A model generated the notes under the pieces. It had not been told where the DNA came from. It did not search any database and saw only the letters and a list, made by a program, of their open reading frames with translations. From an uncultured Acidobacteriota bacterium (GTDB taxonomy: Bacteria > Acidobacteriota > Thermoanaerobaculia > Multivoradales > UBA5704), in NCBI GenBank assembly GCA_963700145.1, contig OY969474.1:1600001-1664000 (forward strand): 64,000 nucleotides of DNA, given 5' to 3'. Within the stretch, counting starts at the first letter, position 1. Each line of letters begins with the position of its first letter. This document shows positions 59,748-64,000 of the stretch, piece by piece. Position numbers and translations under genes: made by a program.

Positions 59748-62131
59748 GAGGCGCGCGCGGCCGGGACCGGCCGCCTGGGCACCCGCGCGTTGAAGTCGAA
59801 GCCGGGGTAGTCGATGCGCTGGTGGAAGATGGTGGAGAGCACCCGCTCGAAGGCCTCGCCGACCTTCGTCAGGTCGGCCAGGGTGAGCGCGGTCTCGTCG
59901 AGCTGGCGGTCGTCGAAGCAGTCGTCGAAGAGGGTGCGGATCAGGGCGCGGATCTTGGCGGTCGTCGGCTCGGCGAGGGTGCGGCTTGCCGCCTCGACGG
60001 CGTCGGCCAGCATCAGCACCCCCATCTCCCGCCCCTGCGGCCGCGGGCCGGGGTAGCGGTAGGCCTCTTCGGTCACCTCACCGCCGCCGGGTCCGGCGAG
60101 CTCCTGCGCCCGGTTGTAGAAGTACCTGATGAGCCGGGTGCCGTGGTGCTGCTCGATGGCGTCGACCAGGAGCTGCGGCAGCTTGTGCTGGCGCGCCAGC
60201 CCGACGCCGTCCTTGACGTGTGCGACGAGGATGAAGGCGCTCATCGACGGCGCCAGCTTGTCGTGCGGGTTCTGGCCCGGGCGCTGGTTCTCGATGAAGT
60301 AGTCGGGGCGGAAGACCTTGCCGACGTCGTGGTAGAGGGCGCCGGCGTAGGCGAGGACGGTGTCGGCGCCGATCGCCTCGCACCCCTCCTTGGCCAGGTT
60401 CGCCACCATCAGCGAGTGCTGGAAGGTGCCCGGCGCCTCGAAGGCCAGCCGGCGCAGCAGCGGCAGGTTGGTGTTCGACAGCTCGACGAGCTTGATGTCG
60501 GTGGTGATGCCGAGCGCCCCTTCGAGCGCCGGCAGCGCGAAGCTCGCCACCGCCGCCACCAGGATCCCGCCGCCGAAGCCCATCAGCAGGTCGAAGACGG
60601 CGTGCAGGAGGCCGCGCTCGGCGCCGCCCGAAAAGCCGTAGAGGACCAGCACCATCGCCACGTTGGCCAAGCCCACCCAGAGCCCCACCCGCAGCAGCGC
60701 CGCGCGGTGCTTGAACTGGTGGCGCTCGACGGCGTAGACCGCGGCGAGCGAGCCGCCGAGGGCGTAGAAGACGAGCCAGGGCTCGGCCTCGGCCAGGCGC
60801 CCGGCAAGGGCGGCGTAGACCAGGCCGACGACCAGCGCTGCCTGGCGGCCGAAGAGGAGGGCGGCCAGGAGCGCGGTGGCGGCGAAGGGGACGGCGTAGG
60901 TGTAGCTGCGCAGCGAGTCGAGCGGCGGGGCGTCGAAGGAGCGCGCCAGGGCCCCCGCCAGCACCAGGTGGAGCTTGGTGCCGAGGAGGGCGACGAGGAG
61001 GAGCAGCAACGCCTCGCCGAAGAGCCGCGGCCGGCCGTGGTGCGGCAGCCGCTCGTGGCGCAGGCCGAGCCAGACCGCGCCGGCCGCCAGGGCGAGGAGG
61101 AGGAGCGTGCCGAGGAGGGTGGGAATGAACTGGCGCGCCCGCCGGTCGCCGAGGAGCTGGGCGATCGCCCGCGCCTGCGCCGGCGTCACCTGGTCGCCGG
61201 TGCGGGCGATGACCTGCCCCCTTCGCACCTGCGTGAAGACCGGCGCCACCGCGGCCACCGCCGCCTCCTGCCGCGCCAGGGTCTCGCTGCGGTTGCGGTC
61301 GAGGTTGGGCTTCAAGTTGGCGAGAGCGAGATCGACGACGATCCCCCGCTCGCGGCGCGTCAGATCCGGCCAGTCGCGCACCTCATCCTCGAGGAAGCCG
61401 CGGGTCTCGTCCGGGTAGCCCAAGTGGTCGAAGAGGTCGAAGTGTTTCTGCGCCGCGCCGGTCTCGGGGTTGCGCAGGGTGACGCCGCGCAGGCGGTGCT
61501 CCAGGAGCAGCCCCTTGTTGGCCGCGATGCCGCGCCGCAGGGCCTTGGTGAAGAGGCCGGTCAGCCGCTCCTCCAACGGCCGCCGGAAGCCCTTGGCGGC
61601 GAGGAGGGCGAGCGGCTCGTCGCCGACCTCGAGGCCGGCGACGGCGGGCGGCGTGCCCTCGCGCAGCTCGCGCTGCAGCTCGGCCAGGGCCGAGGCGCGC
61701 CCCGCCGCCTCCTCCCCGGCCCGCGCCAGCAGGCCCCGGCCGCGGGTAAAGAGGCGCTCGATCTGCACGCCGCGCTCGCGCGCCACCGCCAGGTCGAGGT
61801 CGTAGACCGGCAGCACCTCCTGCCGCGCCCCCGCCTGCTTCTCGCGCGTCGTCGCCTCGTCGGGCAGGAGGAGATCGCGGCTGGCGACGTAGTCGCGCGG
61901 CGCGATCGCCCCCGCCGCCACCTTGGGCGCGGTCAGGAACCCCGCCGGCAGCAGGGCCCAGCCGCCGGCGAGGAGGAAGAGCACCGTCCACAGCGCCGGC
62001 GCCTCCAGCGCCCGCTGCCAGAGCCCGCCCGCGAGGTCGGCGACGCGGCGGCCGAGCGGCGGGCGCATCAGGTGGTGGGCGCCGCTGGCGTCGGGGTCGA
62101 AGGGGGTGGGGCGCGGCTTCGGCTTGGGCAT
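59744..62131 (-). CDS. 7TM-HD phosphohydrolase (PgpH/YqfF-like)
   Basis: Large extracellular domain, multiple TMs, APGTFQHS, YHDVGK..YFIENQ, HHGT, YPGP.P, MLADAVEA. Confidence 0.92.
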   Translation of the reverse strand: MPKPKPRPTPFDPDASGAHHLMRPPLGRRVADLAGGLWQRALEAPALWTVLFLLAGGWALLPAGFLTAPKVAAGAIAPRDYVASRDLLLPDEATTREKQAGARQEVLPVYDLDLAVARERGVQIERLFTRGRGLLARAGEEAAGRASALAELQRELREGTPPAVAGLEVGDEPLALLAAKGFRRPLEERLTGLFTKALRRGIAANKGLLLEHRLRGVTLRNPETGAAQKHFDLFDHLGYPDETRGFLEDEVRDWPDLTRRERGIVVDLALANLKPNLDRNRSETLARQEAAVAAVAPVFTQVRRGQVIARTGDQVTPAQARAIAQLLGDRRARQFIPTLLGTLLLLALAAGAVWLGLRHERLPHHGRPRLFGEALLLLLVALLGTKLHLVLAGALARSFDAPPLDSLRSYTYAVPFAATALLAALLFGRQAALVVGLVYAALAGRLAEAEPWLVFYALGGSLAAVYAVERHQFKHRAALLRVGLWVGLANVAMVLVLYGFSGGAERGLLHAVFDLLMGFGGGILVAAVASFALPALEGALGITTDIKLVELSNTNLPLLRRLAFEAPGTFQHSLMVANLAKEGCEAIGADTVLAYAGALYHDVGKVFRPDYFIENQRPGQNPHDKLAPSMSAFILVAHVKDGVGLARQHKLPQLLVDAIEQHHGTRLIRYFYNRAQELAGPGGGEVTEEAYRYPGPRPQGREMGVLMLADAVEAASRTLAEPTTAKIRALIRTLFDDCFDDRQLDETALTLADLTKVGEAFERVLSTIFHQRIDYPGFDFNARVPRRPVPAARAS

Positions 62132-62147
62132 GGGTGGCCGGCGCCGC

Positions 62148-63146
<999 letters not shown>

Positions 63147-63321
63147 CGTGGGTCGGACAATCTCAGGGGCGCTGGGGCCGGAAGGCATTTAGTGTAGCAG
63201 CATCCCTGCAAGGCCCCGGCCAGAGGGGCCAATCCGGGCAATTCGGATGCTCTCTGGTATGCTGCCTCAAACCTTTAGGCATCACTGAACCGGGGAGTCC
63301 AAAGGAGGTACGGGCGACGCG

Positions 63322-63879
63322 ATGCCGGCCTGGGACCATCTCCACAAGTGGCTCATGACCGCCGTCGGCGGGACCATCGCGACGCTCGCCGGCGGCTATC
63401 TGCTTCACGTCTTCCTTCAGCCCCAGACCACGCCGCCCGTCGCGTCGGTTCGAGCTGACGAAACCGCTCGTGCAGACCCGGTTCCACCGGCTCGGCAAAC
63501 CGGCGGCTACCTCGTCGAGCGCCCCGCTCTTTCCGAGACTCCCATCCAGACACCTGCCCCGGAGCCGGCGGCTGAGACCCTCGAACCGGTCGCGCCGCGC
63601 CCCGCCGGAGGCCCGAAGCTCCTCTCACCGGCGGCGCCGGTCCTGTTCTCGGAGATCGACACGCTCGTGAGCGTCAGCTTCCGCGAGACTCTGGGCTCCC
63701 GGTACGCGGAGTTCGTCGTCGATGCGCCCGGCAGCGAGAGCTTCCGTTTCCCGGCGCGGAGCGCGGGCGCCGCGCAGGAGTTCGAGACCGGAGGACGGCG
63801 CTTCGAGATCCGCGTCGTCGCAATCGACTGGCAGGGAATGACATCGCAGGTCATGTTACGGCCGGCTGCCGGCTCGTGA
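63322..63879 (+). CDS. Hypothetical membrane-anchored protein
   Basis: AAAGGAGG RBS, N-terminal TM, Pro-rich linker, small beta domain. Confidence 0.65.
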   Translation: MPAWDHLHKWLMTAVGGTIATLAGGYLLHVFLQPQTTPPVASVRADETARADPVPPARQTGGYLVERPALSETPIQTPAPEPAAETLEPVAPRPAGGPKLLSPAAPVLFSEIDTLVSVSFRETLGSRYAEFVVDAPGSESFRFPARSAGAAQEFETGGRRFEIRVVAIDWQGMTSQVMLRPAAGS

Positions 63880-63887
63880 GGAACTCA

Positions 63888-64000
63888 ATGAAGCGAGTCT
63901 CACCGCCATCGCTTTCCGCGGTCTTCCTCTTGCTCTTCTCAGCCGCGTCCTGGGCGCAGGCGCCCCAAGACCTCGAAGGCGGCATCCGCGACCTCGCCGC
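63888..64000 (+). CDS. 5' part of a secreted protein (runs off window)
   Basis: GAGG RBS; MKRVSPPSLSAVFLLLFSAASWAQAPQDLEGGIRDLA signal peptide. Confidence 0.65.
   Translation, partial: MKRVSPPSLSAVFLLLFSAASWAQAPQDLEGGIRDLA

Overview
A very GC-rich bacterial chromosomal segment. The gene content and a recurrent C-terminal secreted-protein domain suggest Acidobacteriota (Thermoanaerobaculia-like), but this is inference. From left to right: (1) a translationally coupled minus-strand operon queE - EEP hydrolase - cardiolipin synthase - AhpD-like peroxidase - serine hydrolase - cysteine synthase/CBS, where the AhpD-like gene is split by an in-frame TGA at its CxxC site and has a downstream hairpin, so it is a probable selenoprotein; (2) a hybrid sensor kinase, thiC with a TPP riboswitch, and an S46 dipeptidyl peptidase next to a secreted cyanophycinase-like enzyme; (3) an accessory patch of secreted proteins and IS/recombinase debris; (4) a seven-gene isoprenoid cluster (polyprenyl synthase, type 2 IDI, class I HMG-CoA reductase, mevalonate kinase, mevalonate-(di)phosphate decarboxylase, isopentenyl phosphate kinase, squalene/phytoene synthase) with no phosphomevalonate kinase, matching the alternative mevalonate route of haloarchaea and Chloroflexi; (5) a lower-GC island with an attC-like site, then a SymE-like toxin and an AAA+ ATPase whose start sits in a perfect 35-bp palindrome; (6) a housekeeping block (asnS, vapBC, rnc, mutL, ppdK, glyQS, recO, era, corC-like, ybeY, 7TM-HD, phoH) interrupted by a KirBac channel, a 20-bp tandem array and an intact IS5-family element. 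Non-coding highlights are three diverged copies of a ~160-bp long-stem element with compensatory changes, three CGTC-type REP-like repeats, and two ~21-bp tandem arrays. No CRISPR array, rRNA or tRNA was seen.
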